A DNA stretch of 64,000 nucleotides from Klebsormidium nitens. Its lineage: Eukaryota; Plantae; Klebsormidiophyceae. The position numbers and the translations under genes are program-made. Below, piece by piece: positions 50,301 through 62,400 of this stretch (positions are counted from its first letter, which is position 1; each line of letters starts with the position of its first letter). The stretch covers positions 14,833 through 78,832 of the forward strand of contig DF237382.1 in NCBI GenBank assembly GCA_000708835.1. The letters run 5' to 3'. Under the pieces are notes generated by a model. It was not told the DNA's origin and did not search any database. It saw only the letters and a program-made list of their open reading frames with translations.

Positions 50301-51780
50301 CAACAGACAATGACGCGGACGCCCCCGCATTCGGGAGGCGCCTTGTGCAAACGATCAGGACTTCTTGATATGCGCCACCTTATGTCACCTTCTCGAGCAA
50401 CAGTCGCTGCCTTTTTATTGTCCGGAGGTTTTCTGCCTTTTCCTCGAAAGGACGAGTCTGGCAGGCGAGTCACGTTGCGGCCCATGGCCTTTTGAAGGCT
50501 GTCAAATAAGCCTCAGAGCCTCTACGTGACTTCGAAACTGAGCACCAGCTCTCGCGCGCTTGGCGACGAGAAGTTCAAAATCGGGGTCTCTGCATTTGTT
50601 TCCCGATTCCAAAGTTGGAGGATGCTTGCACTGATGCTCTGAGCATGCTATAGGCCGGGACTTCCTCGTCTCCTCAAATCGTCCAAGCGAAAACCCTCTT
50701 TGCAGTAGCTGAGAGGACCTTACTCGTTTCTGGAACTTTTTGGATCGTCGCACTTGCCGGGAACAACGATCACATTGCGGCGATGATGAGCGGCGCTTGA
50801 ACGGGCTTTGCCCAAGTCTCATATGCTGGAGGCGCCCTCTCAAGCTTTCCTAGCATGCCACTGTCGTCGCCCATCAGTCCGTGTTGGTGTTTGGGCATCA
50901 ACGTACTACTCCCTTTAAAGATTCAACATACTGGGCCTGTAGTAGTATCTAGATCGTGTACTTCTCCCACATTTGTTTGCTTTGATATTGTCGCGTTAGT
51001 GATCTTTTCGACATTTCGCAAGAGCTGCCTGATAGCTCTGCAGCAGTGCCGTCTAATTTGGCGTCCTGCTCTCCCTCTTTGACGGTCCGGCCCAAGTAGG
51101 CAAACGATCTGTTCTGCGGATGATCATGTGTTCACCCGTGGCTGTTGGCGAGGCGTCCTGGTCCTGCATACTAGACGCCTTTCTGGCACACCTGTTGAGA
51201 CGCTCTATAATCTGAATGCCACTCAGGCTCGCGTGCCTGTTCACATTGTGCTTCTCGCACGTTCTCATTTGTAGCTTAAGATGCGTAATTATTGATCGAC
51301 GTATACGGACATGAGCACGTATGCATGATGCCGGCCTCAAAGCACGTTGAATATGGCGTGTTGGTCCGATCACGGTATCGAGCCTGGATGCCACATGCCG
51401 ATCGTGTTCAAGCTTGTATGATTACGCGTTTCGAAAAAGCCAATTCCCAATCATGGCGCCGTTAATTAGAGCCAACTTATTACGAATACAAAACGTCTGG
51501 GTCATTATACAGGTTGAAGAGCCGAGTAGCATCTAAATTTCCTTACACTTATTCACCCTGCGGCCGGGCCTCTTCTTCCGGCCATGCACGTACTGTGATC
51601 GACTTTTTCTGGCCCCGGCCTAGCTCCGAGTCGAGGCAGTACCTCCCATGGCATGCACATTATGTGCCTTTTTATCGGGAGGGCAGATTTTTGATCGAGA
51701 GACTATCAAATCTGCAATCCGACTCTTACGTGAGAGAACAACAGCACTCTTTTGTACTGCCCCGCCAAATCTACCATGTA

Positions 51781-51818
51781 GCTTCATAGCTTCATAGCTT
51801 CATAGCTTCATAGCTTCA
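51781..51818 (-). repeat. 8-bp tandem repeat (TGAAGCTA) x~5 starting at the stop codon of the secreted-protein gene
   Basis: Plus strand gcttcatagcttcatagcttcatagcttcatagcttca. Confidence 0.9.
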
Positions 51819-54274
51819 CCTGGATCTCCTACCCAAACTCTGCGTCGTCGTAGAACCGTCTAGAATATGCTGAAAAGTATTACAGCAAGAGACGCCAATG
51901 GAATGACACCCCAACCTGCACATGATGGAGCCACACGCATCAAACGTTGAGGCTGCTGAACAATGTTGCAGGTTTCCCGACCAAGCAACCCCGGCCCAGG
52001 CCTCGGTAATCGTTAATGCGACACTTGAGAAAAGCAAGAGATCCGTTGCTTTCTTGCTTGTAAGGAGCTGCGCTGCTTGGGCGGAGCTCGCGTCCTGTGG
52101 TGGAGGGTGAGTGCAAAGCCCTTCGGGACGCACGCCTTCATCGTTAGTACACTCAATCTTCGACACAAGATTGCGTGACGAGTAGGTCGACGAGATCGTT
52201 ACATTGAACGCTGATTGTGTGATGCAACGAGGCGCTTTCAGTAGCTCACCAAGAAAGGCCACACGGGGACTGGGTGCGACCGAGCTGCTGGGTGTTGTTG
52301 GTGTGGGTGCACGGGCAGGCGGGCTTGGTGGCACGGGCACTGTTGCATCTGCCCAAATGAACAAAAAGCGCAGTGGTCTTCAAACAGCAGTTGTTCTCGA
52401 CAGGAGCAATAATAACCCAGGCTACGTATACGCTGTGACATCGGCAAAGTACTTGTTGCAATTATTGTGACCTCATGATCTGTCGGTGACGTGACCAGGC
52501 CATTCCCGTCAAAGGATTTAGAGATTGGCAATGATACTAGAGGATGATGCCTCATGTCTATTGGTGCTCCTCAAACAATCATGAAACCATGACGTCCCCT
52601 GCGAAGTTTACGAACACGTACTTGCGGAGAGTGTAGCAGGTGCCGAGTTTCCCACTGCGGAACTGGGACTTGTTGTGGAGACTGGTGGGGCAACTGTGCC
52701 TGTACAAGATCACAGGACAGTTTTGAGCACAGGTCGTGACATACACAATGAGATACACCCAACAAGCCTGGTTAGGCATGGATATGCATGCTCGTCTTTC
52801 AGACTGATTGAAAGAGTGATAGTTGATCAAGACCCGTTTACTGGGTTTGGTTAGACGCACAACCTTTCTAACGTACGTGCCATATTTTGTTTACGACTTG
52901 TCTTGCACACATGTAGCAACCTGGCAGCTGAGGGTAAGGCGTTTGGCTCACTTTGGACATCCTTTTCTGATGGACTTGGCAAGCTATGCTACGGCTGTCA
53001 AAGACGAGGCCTGCCTTGAAGACCAAAGCTGGCAGATCTTAGAATCAATCTATAGTTGAAAGGAAGGACAGCCAAAAGCAGAAAAACGTTTTGTTATGAC
53101 GTTTTGTTAGGACTTTGTCCAAGCGTCCAGAAGTACTGGAAAAGGTCTCCCCTATGTCGACTTGAACTTGCAATCACAGCCAATCTTGAGGTGATTTTGT
53201 ACCCAAACCAAGTGCTTTGCAAAGATGCAGTCAGTCAGTTGCGTTATTTCGGCACGTCCTATGAGTCACCAGATTGACTGGCAAGCGCTAACACCGCATG
53301 TGAACAAGCAAAGAGGGTGAGTACAAAAACCGAAACTTACTTTGAGGGGTCAGGCGTGTAGGCGCACGGCTCGGCAGAGACTGTGAAGGACTGCTGAGTC
53401 TCGTCATTGTGAGCGTCTCATTGTGCTGGAATACACGGCTACTGGAGGGGAGCCTTTCTTCGTAGTAGAGGCAGGTAACACTTGCTGCAGAACCTGGAAA
53501 GGTACAGCTTGGGCGACAAGTGATGCCCTCCGCCGAATCGTCAGTGCAATTGCCCACTATGTCAATCGACCAGTCGTTACTTGCACTGCTGGTGAAACTG
53601 AAAGACTCCATCACAGGCCTTTTCGAAACCGAGGTGTTCCAACTGGTTCCCACTATGGTTATGGGAACCGTGTCACCATCTTCATAGCGTGTCATAGAGA
53701 GACTCCCGGTTGTCGTTTCAGTCAGATAGAGCTTGCCGCCAATGAAAGCCTTAGCGGTATCACGGACTGCATACTCGAAGCTGTGGGTCTCCAGAACGAT
53801 GCGCCCTGCAATAACGTAAGGAGGCCCATTGATGTCAGGCTTTGCAAGCGGGGGGAACAATAGACTCGAGTCGTTTCTTTCTTAGACTCTACAAGCCATG
53901 ATTGGGCACAAGAGGCGACGTGACAGTCAAAAAAGGAAATAGATTGCCATTCTTTGGCTTCCTCAGAATTCTCATGTCGTTCCTTTCATCTCAGAAGTTT
54001 ATCTAAAATCAGCAGAACATAACTTCCCGGACAAAAGTCGCTTACCTTGTAAACCAGCACTTCCTTCCGGAAGATCTGTCTCAAACTCGCTGTAATCCCA
54101 GTCGACAATCGACGGCCCTCCTTGGACAAGCTCTGGGAATGCTTTAGCTGACTTAGCCCCTTGAGCAGCTGTGCCTGGCAGCGAAGCGACAGCAGCACTG
54201 GCTGCCAATGCACCCAGACACAAAGTCTTCATTGAAAGCATCAAGGCAAACAAGCTGAAGAAGTAAGGAGCCAT
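51816..54274 (-). CDS. Hypothetical secreted protein (~408 aa): signal peptide, beta-rich domain, Pro/Ser/Thr linker, Cys-rich C-terminus
   Basis: Exons 54274-54046 (CAA G|gtaagc), 53805-53341 (ttattgcag|GG...CAA A|gtaagt) and 52348-51816 (gggcag|AT...TGA), all phase 1, total 1227 nt in frame. N-terminus MAPYFFSLFALMLSMKTLCLGALAASAAVA is hydrophobic. Several N-x-S/T sequons. Exon 3 might be further spliced at an internal G|gtgagc near 52240. Confidence 0.65.
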
Positions 54275-54716
54275 ATGGACCGCTTGATATAAGTTTACTA
54301 AATGCAAAGTTCCGCGCAGTGCAGCGCGGCACTTCCCTTCCACAGTTACCCGCCGGTCTCTCAGTGACAGATCAGGAAAAGCATTCCGCTCCGAGTTCCT
54401 TCGCTTTGTACTCTGGACTTGGAATATGCAGTGGAGAAAGTCTGAATGTCGAACGCCAAGTTCTTAATGGTGGTTTTGGGACCAGAAGAAGCTCGTACTT
54501 CTAGCTTTGATACTCTGCGTGAACCTCAAGAGCATCAGCAAATGTTGAGCAGACCTGGCGGCCCAACTCAAGGAGGCTTCAGCCTTGATTCAGGCCTGCA
54601 TGATCTTCAACTCCTCCGACTGATTCCCCCTAGTGTGCGGCAAAAACTTAACAAGAGGGTTCCCCCTAGTGTGACGCGGTCAAAAACCCAGCAACACAGC
54701 AATCCCTCAATCCCGG

Positions 54717-54941
54717 CAGGGTTTCCCACAGTCGGCAGGAGAACCTGGACTTGGCCGGCCGAGACGGCATGCACCCCGGCCGGTGCGGAAGGCACACCGC
54801 CGGCTGGTTGGCCGGCAGAAAAGGCAGGCTCTTTGTGAATTTAGCTGGCCGGTAAAGCCAATTGCCGTCTACCGAACGGACAGAACCGGGGGGGTGCCGG
54901 CAGCTGGCCGGCCCCGGGACAAAAGTCCGTGGGAAACCCTG
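54717..54941. repeat. 13-bp perfect inverted repeat (CAGGGTTTCCCAC / GTGGGAAACCCTG) bracketing a GGCCGG-rich segment; possible MITE-like relic
   Basis: 54717-54729 is the exact reverse complement of 54929-54941. An adjacent TTCCCCCTAGTGTG is duplicated at 54624 and 54660. Confidence 0.5.
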
Positions 54942-56099
54942 ATGATCCCGGCCTCGGAGTCAAAGAAACTGAAGAAACGCGTCCGGGTCTATCCGGGGAC
55001 ACCTTGCGCGTCATGCTGACGTGCAGTATGTTGCCATGACTGCAACATGGCAACATGGCCGCTGTCGTTTCACCATGGTCATGCACATGGCCGGCCGAGC
55101 GTTTCCGACTGACGGGGCGCACGTTGGGGGGGCATATAGGACCTTGTACAATGTAGTTACTCTAGTAGCGCCGGCCGGGGGCCCCGGCCGGCCCGGCTGG
55201 GAACGGAACTGAGCCGGGCGGCGGGCAAAATCAGGCGCACGCCGCAAATTGGCGGCCCCAGCAAGCTTTCGAGCTCCAGTTTCACTGATTTGTCTGGAAT
55301 GGTCGGATCAGTGGCCAACTTGTGCCCCATTTTTGCAGAAACTTTAATTTGTTAGTCTTTTGCAGACCCCATCTTCGATCAACTAAAACATATTCTAGAT
55401 AAGGTTTTGAAACCAAGAGCTGAACGACTGGTCACTGGATCCCCTGACGTTGGGCGGCTTGAAGCACGTCGAAGAGTCGTGTTTCACAAGGCTTTGCAGA
55501 CTCGGCAAATCGAACCTTCATTACGACGTGGCCAGAGGTTACCTTTATTTCATCAGGACTTACAAGCTTTTGACCACGTGATTGGCTGCATATTAGCGCC
55601 GGCCAGCGCAGGGAGGATACCTATACCTACGTACCTCAGAAAGAAACATTTGTGATCGAAAAGACAAGCTTGAGTCTTTGACTGATCGAGAGCCTGCCCC
55701 AAAGGGTGCAGGGGTGGCCGGTGCGCCCCCGGGCAACTTGAAAGTCTGTCAAAGTCTGGACTCTGGGGCGTGGCAGGAGGCCGGCCCCCCGAGAAAAAAT
55801 GCTAGAAACGCGCTGCTAGCTCCGGTCCCACTTGCATGGCGCATCGCTCATCGCACAATCATCGTACAATCACGAGTTCGCACTTCGCATTCGTACGGTA
55901 AATCAACGTACGGTAGTCACGTATCCTACGGTGTAACCGTCGTCGCCGCTCGGCCCGGAGCGAGACTCAGCGAGTCCGAGTCGGCGGCCGCACTCGACAT
56001 TGTGATTGGTCTCCTCTGCCTCAGACTAATCTGTGTTGACGAGCTTCAGTTGCGTCTTTCCGACTGCAAGTAAAACCTATTGTGTATGCAAAGGCCGTG

Positions 56100-59000
56100 A
56101 TGGGTTGAAACCAAAGCCTGGCCGGCTATCTTCCCGCTGCCTTCAATGTTGGCGGCTCGAGTGAGATTTCTCGACCCTTGATCTGAGCGGGCGCTCCCAT
56201 CAAATCTATGTCAAAAAGCGCCTCACAACTTCTGATACAACGGCAGAAGCGGCACAGCTGCTGGCCATACACGTCAGCTCCAGTATCTAACCTCCCGTCC
56301 ACCGACGCTCCTCTCGCTGCAGAGCGGTAATTGGAATGGATCAACTTGCTTGCATAAGAATCAGTATCTGCATTGGTCCATCTGGTTCAAAAAGTTTATT
56401 CAAAGCACCTGAGACGTCCATCATCGACTCTGATTCACAGTCGACTCATCGACTCAACCCAATTATGTGCCGGCATTACCAAGTGCTTTGACGCATTTTC
56501 GGAGGCTGTTACTATTTTTGACTGCGCACGTCATTAATCTCTTGACTGTTTTTGTCTTAACCTCTGCGTCGTTAAGACGTTGGATCGCGGCCGTAATTTT
56601 GAAGCCTTTCTCCCTCCTCGCTTTCCCTGGCAGTTCTGTGCTCTGAATGTAGACTGCGGCCGTTGTTGCGATGAACGTGCTTTGATTTGTCAGCTCGCGG
56701 CGGGATCGCTGACTGAGGCGATCTTGATTGTTGGGCTGTCACCTCAACCCAGTGGCCAATGCTGGATTCGCAACCGCTTGGTAGTCGACGCTGCCAGTGA
56801 ATATAGGTATTGCGGCTGACGCCCCTTTACATGAATCGGATGGCTCGTCAGGATAAGACTTACTTCTTTGATCCTTCAACCTTCAAGAATTCTCGTTCAA
56901 GACCCAGCTCGACCAAAGTTTAGTTGAAGTTGCCAGGTGAAAATTTGGCTTTGCTATCTGCGCAACGGCGGTCCGCTCCCCGTCGTCGACCCCGGGGTTG
57001 GACCTGCTCTTCTAGAAAAGCCTTTTGAATTCCGTTGCTGTTCTTAGATGTGCATTGGCTGACTTCGATTTGATTCGCATCTTTCAAACCGATCGTTCGT
57101 ATGTCCTTCGCCTGTTACGCATGACCGCTGCTTCGATAGGGCTCTTCATCGGCCTCCCCGTGGGCACGTAAACTGACAAAAAGACTGCAGCGTTCATGGA
57201 ACATCTGCCCCTCGAGAGCTCGTGTCGCTCCATAAAAATTCATATTATGTCTACAGACGTAAACGGGATTTGAGTTTGAAGAAGCGTAGGGCCCTTATAC
57301 GCACTATCATGAACGCTGTCCCTTCAAGAGTCTTTCCTCAAAGCTCGCTAGCCCGTCTCATCTCAAAGCTTGCTAGCCCGTCTCAGCGGAGTGTGCTTCA
57401 GTCGTTCTCTCAGAACAAGCGGCAATGATAAGTTAAGTACTGAGCAGATCCGTAAAGCCCATCCGCTGGCTGTCCTTGGTGAGCCGGTCACCCCAACAAA
57501 TGCCCTCCGTCAAATCCGATGAGCTCAGATAATCTTATGCACGGTCTTAAAGGGTTCCTAACCTCCCACAGATCTGCTTGGTTAGTCCATCACTCATCTT
57601 TCAGCTCCGAACGCTCAATTATTGTCGAGCGCCTAGTACGTACAAACGCTTTCTATCATCCTATTAAGCAAAGTGGACCGACGGAGAATCCACGCGCCGC
57701 TTGACAGTAGCTGATTTGAAAGTGTGTGGTGCATCCAACACAGTAAAGGGACAGAGTAAATCGAGACCCATTTTACAACCTGTTTTCTGAACGGGCGATG
57801 AGGATCAATTACGGGTAGCTTTTGCTGAGCCGCCGTCTCAAGCATTAACCCTGCCCAAAGAGGTACCTCCCGTTTGAAATGCTTGGCAGAAGTCTTGAGT
57901 GAACCGCGACAGCCGTCGCTGCAAAACCAATCCGATTTATCGTTTCGTGTCATTCGTGTATACGAGTCCAAAGCTTTGACGGAGGTTGCCTGTGACAAAT
58001 CACTTGACGAATCTCTGACCCGTTATTGAGGCTACAGGTGCCAGGAAATGAAGGCATCCCGGCAATGAGCAGCTTGTGTCTTGGCCCCAATTGTGGGCTC
58101 TCTGCTTTTTCCAAACCGTGGCAAGGAAAGCGCCCGATAGTGCACGGTGAATAATGTGCACATGTCAGGTCATGCGGCGCTGACGCCAGCTATAAGCCCC
58201 GGTTGCTTTCTGAAATCGTCCGCACTTGATCCATATTTGCACTCTCCCGTCCGCTCGAAAGTGGGCAAGTTTCGTGAACAGATACCATGCTCGTTCGTAC
58301 CGTAAAAAGCAGTTTTAATCCTTTGGAGCGGACCTGAGACTCGCGCCAGCCCATTCCCTTTTCCGGTCAAAGCGGGTATACGATTTCTATCGCGTCTGCT
58401 GTTGACTCTGATTCAAAGCAATGGCCTGTCAAAAACTGAGCGACCTTGAGTGGCCCTGCCCATCCTGGCTCGTGTATGTCCTTGCTGCCGCAGAAGCGAA
58501 GTATTTCATTATCTGGTTTCTTCCTTTCACCTCGTCATGAGTTGCCAGTTTACAGCACGGCTCTGATCTAGGGGCTTGCCATACGATTTGTATCCGGACT
58601 GCACTGGGGGCGACTGCATGCAAGTCTTCATTGGTCTCCAACGATCTGTTGTCTCAAAAACAGAGGATAGCGGCGATGACTGCTGCTTGTGAGCAGCACC
58701 TAAACTTGCTCATAGGAGTTTCGTGGGTCACACGAGCCATTGTTTACCTCGCAGGAATAGTGGGTCGCAAATATCTGAAAAGACAGGTGACAACTTCGAA
58801 TAAATTGAAGGCGGCAATTCTTCGAATTTACCGGGCCTTTTCGGCTGCCAGTGCGTCAACAAGCACGATCTGACAATCCGCTGTTGATTGATTGCCACAA
58901 CTGCGTCATTCGAACAAGTCTCCACCTCAGAATTACTCTCCACTTCCCCTGGATCAGGCCCGCTCTCGGCGTTCAGAGTTCGCCAGATTGCTGCTAGCTT

Positions 59001-62000
59001 GTTTTGCGGGGAACCTCTCCGGCGAATTGCGGCCGGTGCGCTTCCACCGAGCGCAGGACCAGTCACGGGGCTTTATGGAGGCGCTCCGGCCAGAGTGTAC
59101 CGGACAGGCCCGGGCGAGGAGAACGGACGCAATTTGTCGGGGGAAACAGCTGGGTAGGAGGTGAAGACTTCTTGGCAAGTCAATACGTGAGTGTGTTTTG
59201 TAATGTAACTTAAAAGCGGACTGAGCCGGTAGTTCGTGAGATCTGGTAGCGGGTCGTACCGACAAAGACTGCAATAGCTACTCAGCACGGGTGATGATTG
59301 AGAGAGCATGAATCTAATCAAGCCTTTAGAATTGCATAGAGCTTTGTCTTGTCTGTCCGCTCGGGTCCGGGTATGAAATCAGGTCAGATCCGACAACGTG
59401 CCCCTTCTAGTGAATCACATTTTGACCTGTTGTGCTTCGACTACGCTTTCAGTTGGGATCTACCGTCTTTCATCAAGATTGCTCTGTGGAAAATTCGACG
59501 TCCATTTTTCTTGCCTTCATGTCTCGTGGTAGTTCCGCTTGTAGCCGATATGATCAGTCGGAGAAATTTGCAGATGGGAAAAAGACAAGGACCCATATCC
59601 TCGTCTCGAATCTTATCAGTGGAAGCCATGCCAGTACAGCAGGCTGGGCCATAAGTTTGCTCTGCCGCACAGCCAGACTCTTATGTGGACACCTCATGGA
59701 GTCGCAAAAGACATAGCGGTATTGAGGGAGCAGTCAGGAAAGCCACTCGATACGCTATTTCTCTATCACACCCATATGATGACGTGGCTAATGCGTTTGA
59801 GAGCCGGACCGGGAAACTTTCTGCGCACAGCGTCTTGTTTCGTCCACGTGGCTAGGATGACTTCAGCCCGTGGGATCTCTTCAAAGCCACTTTTTGGCTG
59901 TTCAAAGTTGACTGCCACGTTGGGCTCGAATCTCTCGTGTCTCTATTGTCATTCTTCAAAGACACGGCTGGGGCTGCCCGTCCTTGCGTGTTCGTGGATG
60001 CATTTTGCAATTCACTCATGTAGAAACGTCAGCCTGTCACTGAGAACGGGTTGAGCTGAGCCTATAACGAATTGATACACTCTTTCCACGGCTTACGTGG
60101 CCTTAAACTCTGAAGGAGCATTTTGTCCTCTACGTTGCAGCCGTGATGAATGGCGTTCCATAACGCCTGCTTGATGAATCTGGCTTCAACTCGTCTGCTA
60201 ATACCGAGACGCAGGTGCCTTTTGAACTTCCGCTCTGGACATAAGCTTGAAAGTTTGACGTCAGCACCTGGTCTTCAACATTACGACCGGCCGCGTGTGA
60301 CGTGGCTATGATATGTTGCGGTTCTTTGAGCACAGATCTGCCCAAGTAGTCCAGGATCTGAATCGCTTATGATGCCAGAATCAAGTTGTTCTCCATAAAG
60401 AGTCTCAGACCATTTCGAGTCTGTCTTTCCGTATGAATCCATCCGTGCACACGCATCCTTGACTTTCATTCTCGATGAGATGAGACGTCTGCTTTCACGC
60501 TTTGCCCCTGCTCTAGGCTTGACGTTCTTTCTCGACGTCCAGCCATCTTGCGCCACACCAAGTTTAAAGCAGCGCAGCTTGCGTGTTCGAGTCTTTCTTC
60601 CACTTCTCTACTTGACCCTCCCCCTCCGAGTCGTTGCTCTATTCTCGTTCTGCGCGTCAGACAGCCTGAGGGTCTCGAAAACGCCTTTCGCTCGCGTTTA
60701 CTGATCTACTCTCTGACTTTTTTGTTACTTTGTTGCCGCAACGGCTGGGACTACTTTGTCTCGGGGCTACAGGCATGAATTGGGGTGAGTCTGCACCCGT
60801 GCATCTTCTTCCTTCTGAAAAGAAGGGTTTCAGAACGTGCCCTTCTGTTTCAGGATACAAGGGAAGTTTCTCCTACTCTTGTTCAGACTTCCATGCAGCT
60901 TTTGCTCGATAGAGATTTGAACTGGTCCTCACCTAGCGGGTTCGGAAGATTTTGGCGGCGACGATCCGACGAAGCAGGAACTTTCAGCTGCGGCATCAGA
61001 TCATCAGTGCAATGCTTTTTTTTTCTTCTTTTCAACACCTTTTTTTGTGGTCAGGTTAACGCTAACTTGTTCGGAAGCTTGAAAGCTCAGATTTTGTGAA
61101 TGCTTCCCGGCCCTACTCCGCCAATCTTCCAAGATGGTTGCGATTGCTCATTTCTTTCTTTGGGCCCACTTATTTGAGGGAAACGATCAGGGCCGTGGCA
61201 GGGCCTTCTGTTAGGAGTTGTTTTTGCTTTTGAGAAGCGCTGAAAGTTTAGAGATTGTACCAAAAGTTACTGCAAGCGCTCTTCTTTCGGCCATCATAGG
61301 CGGGAGAAGTGGCATGAAACGTAGCTCGAAAAAGACACTCACGTCGAACGAATACTGTCCTGATACGAGACCTTTCTTGTTGAGAAGATCTTACGGCCAC
61401 TTCGAGTGTGACCAGTTTCTTCGAATCATTTGTCCCACGCGCCCCTGTTTCCAAAACAATTTCGACTTCGCTACGGTCATGATGGGTCTATTACATGAGC
61501 TTCCGTGGAGCAAAGTCTCATTCGCAGAGACCTCAAAAAGACATTCCAGACGCCGGCCTCCCGTCTTTCTTTTCTGAGAAGTTGTCCTCAGCCGACGTCT
61601 TGCAATCATTTTGATTTGGCGTTGAAGATTTCTTCGAAAGGAGCACAAAGCTGCCCACATAGCTCAGGCCTAAACTCCGCGACCCTCCGCTTTTACTTCC
61701 TGTAAAAGTTTCAAATACGACCCCTTCCTCGTCATTACGAAACAGACTTCAAAGGATTGGGGTTGCCTGCATACCTTCATCATTTTTCGAGCGAGAATTA
61801 AAGCTGCGGTTCTCTAGCTTGGCTTACTCGTGTACGTTCTCGCCCCTGACTCGTACGGATCTGGTGGTTGTGTAAGAATTCAGAGGATGGGCGTGCTTCC
61901 TATGCGCAGTGCACAGGCGCTGCCCCTGAGTTAACGGCGGAGTTTCCTACGTCAGTTTCTCATTTTCAAGCGCGGTAAATTGACACGTGTCACCCTAGTT

Positions 62001-62400
62001 CACTGCCCTTGAAGACGTCCGACGTCCGCTCTAGAAATGTTCGAGCTTCCATCTGTAATCTTTGACTTCTCTCTGTCTTGAATCTCGTCTTGGAGATTTG
62101 TTCGTGATCGATGCTGAGATTCTGATCAAGTTTTGGCGGTTCGTGCTCCGATGGGTCGTAGACACATGTTTCTGATTGTATCGCACTTTGATGTGTCTGC
62201 AAAACGCTCTAAGCCTTGTTCTGACGGATTATTTTCTCAAATTAGGGCAGCAGTTCAGGACGGAGGCGAAGCCTCTAGCCGTTACGCCTCCGTCCTGCCC
62301 GCTTGTGTATGCATTTCAGCTTCACGTTTGAGCCCGTCTCGGCATACAAAGTTCCAACGCACCAGGTGACGTGGAATTACTCGTCAGTAAGACTTCTCAT
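56100..62400 (-). mobile_element. Decayed non-LTR retrotransposon (LINE-like) remnant; boundaries approximate
   Basis: Minus-strand RT-like motif traces with plausible order and spacing: DDFRK (~58210; cf. QxGFR), VKALDS (~57975; cf. KAFDS), G.K.G...SVPLL (~57780-57740; cf. GVxQG.PLSPLLF), FA**DD (~57660; cf. YADD). An upstream EN-like GSSKGTCVSV lies at ~60220. All are interrupted by stops or frameshifts. Confidence 0.45.
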
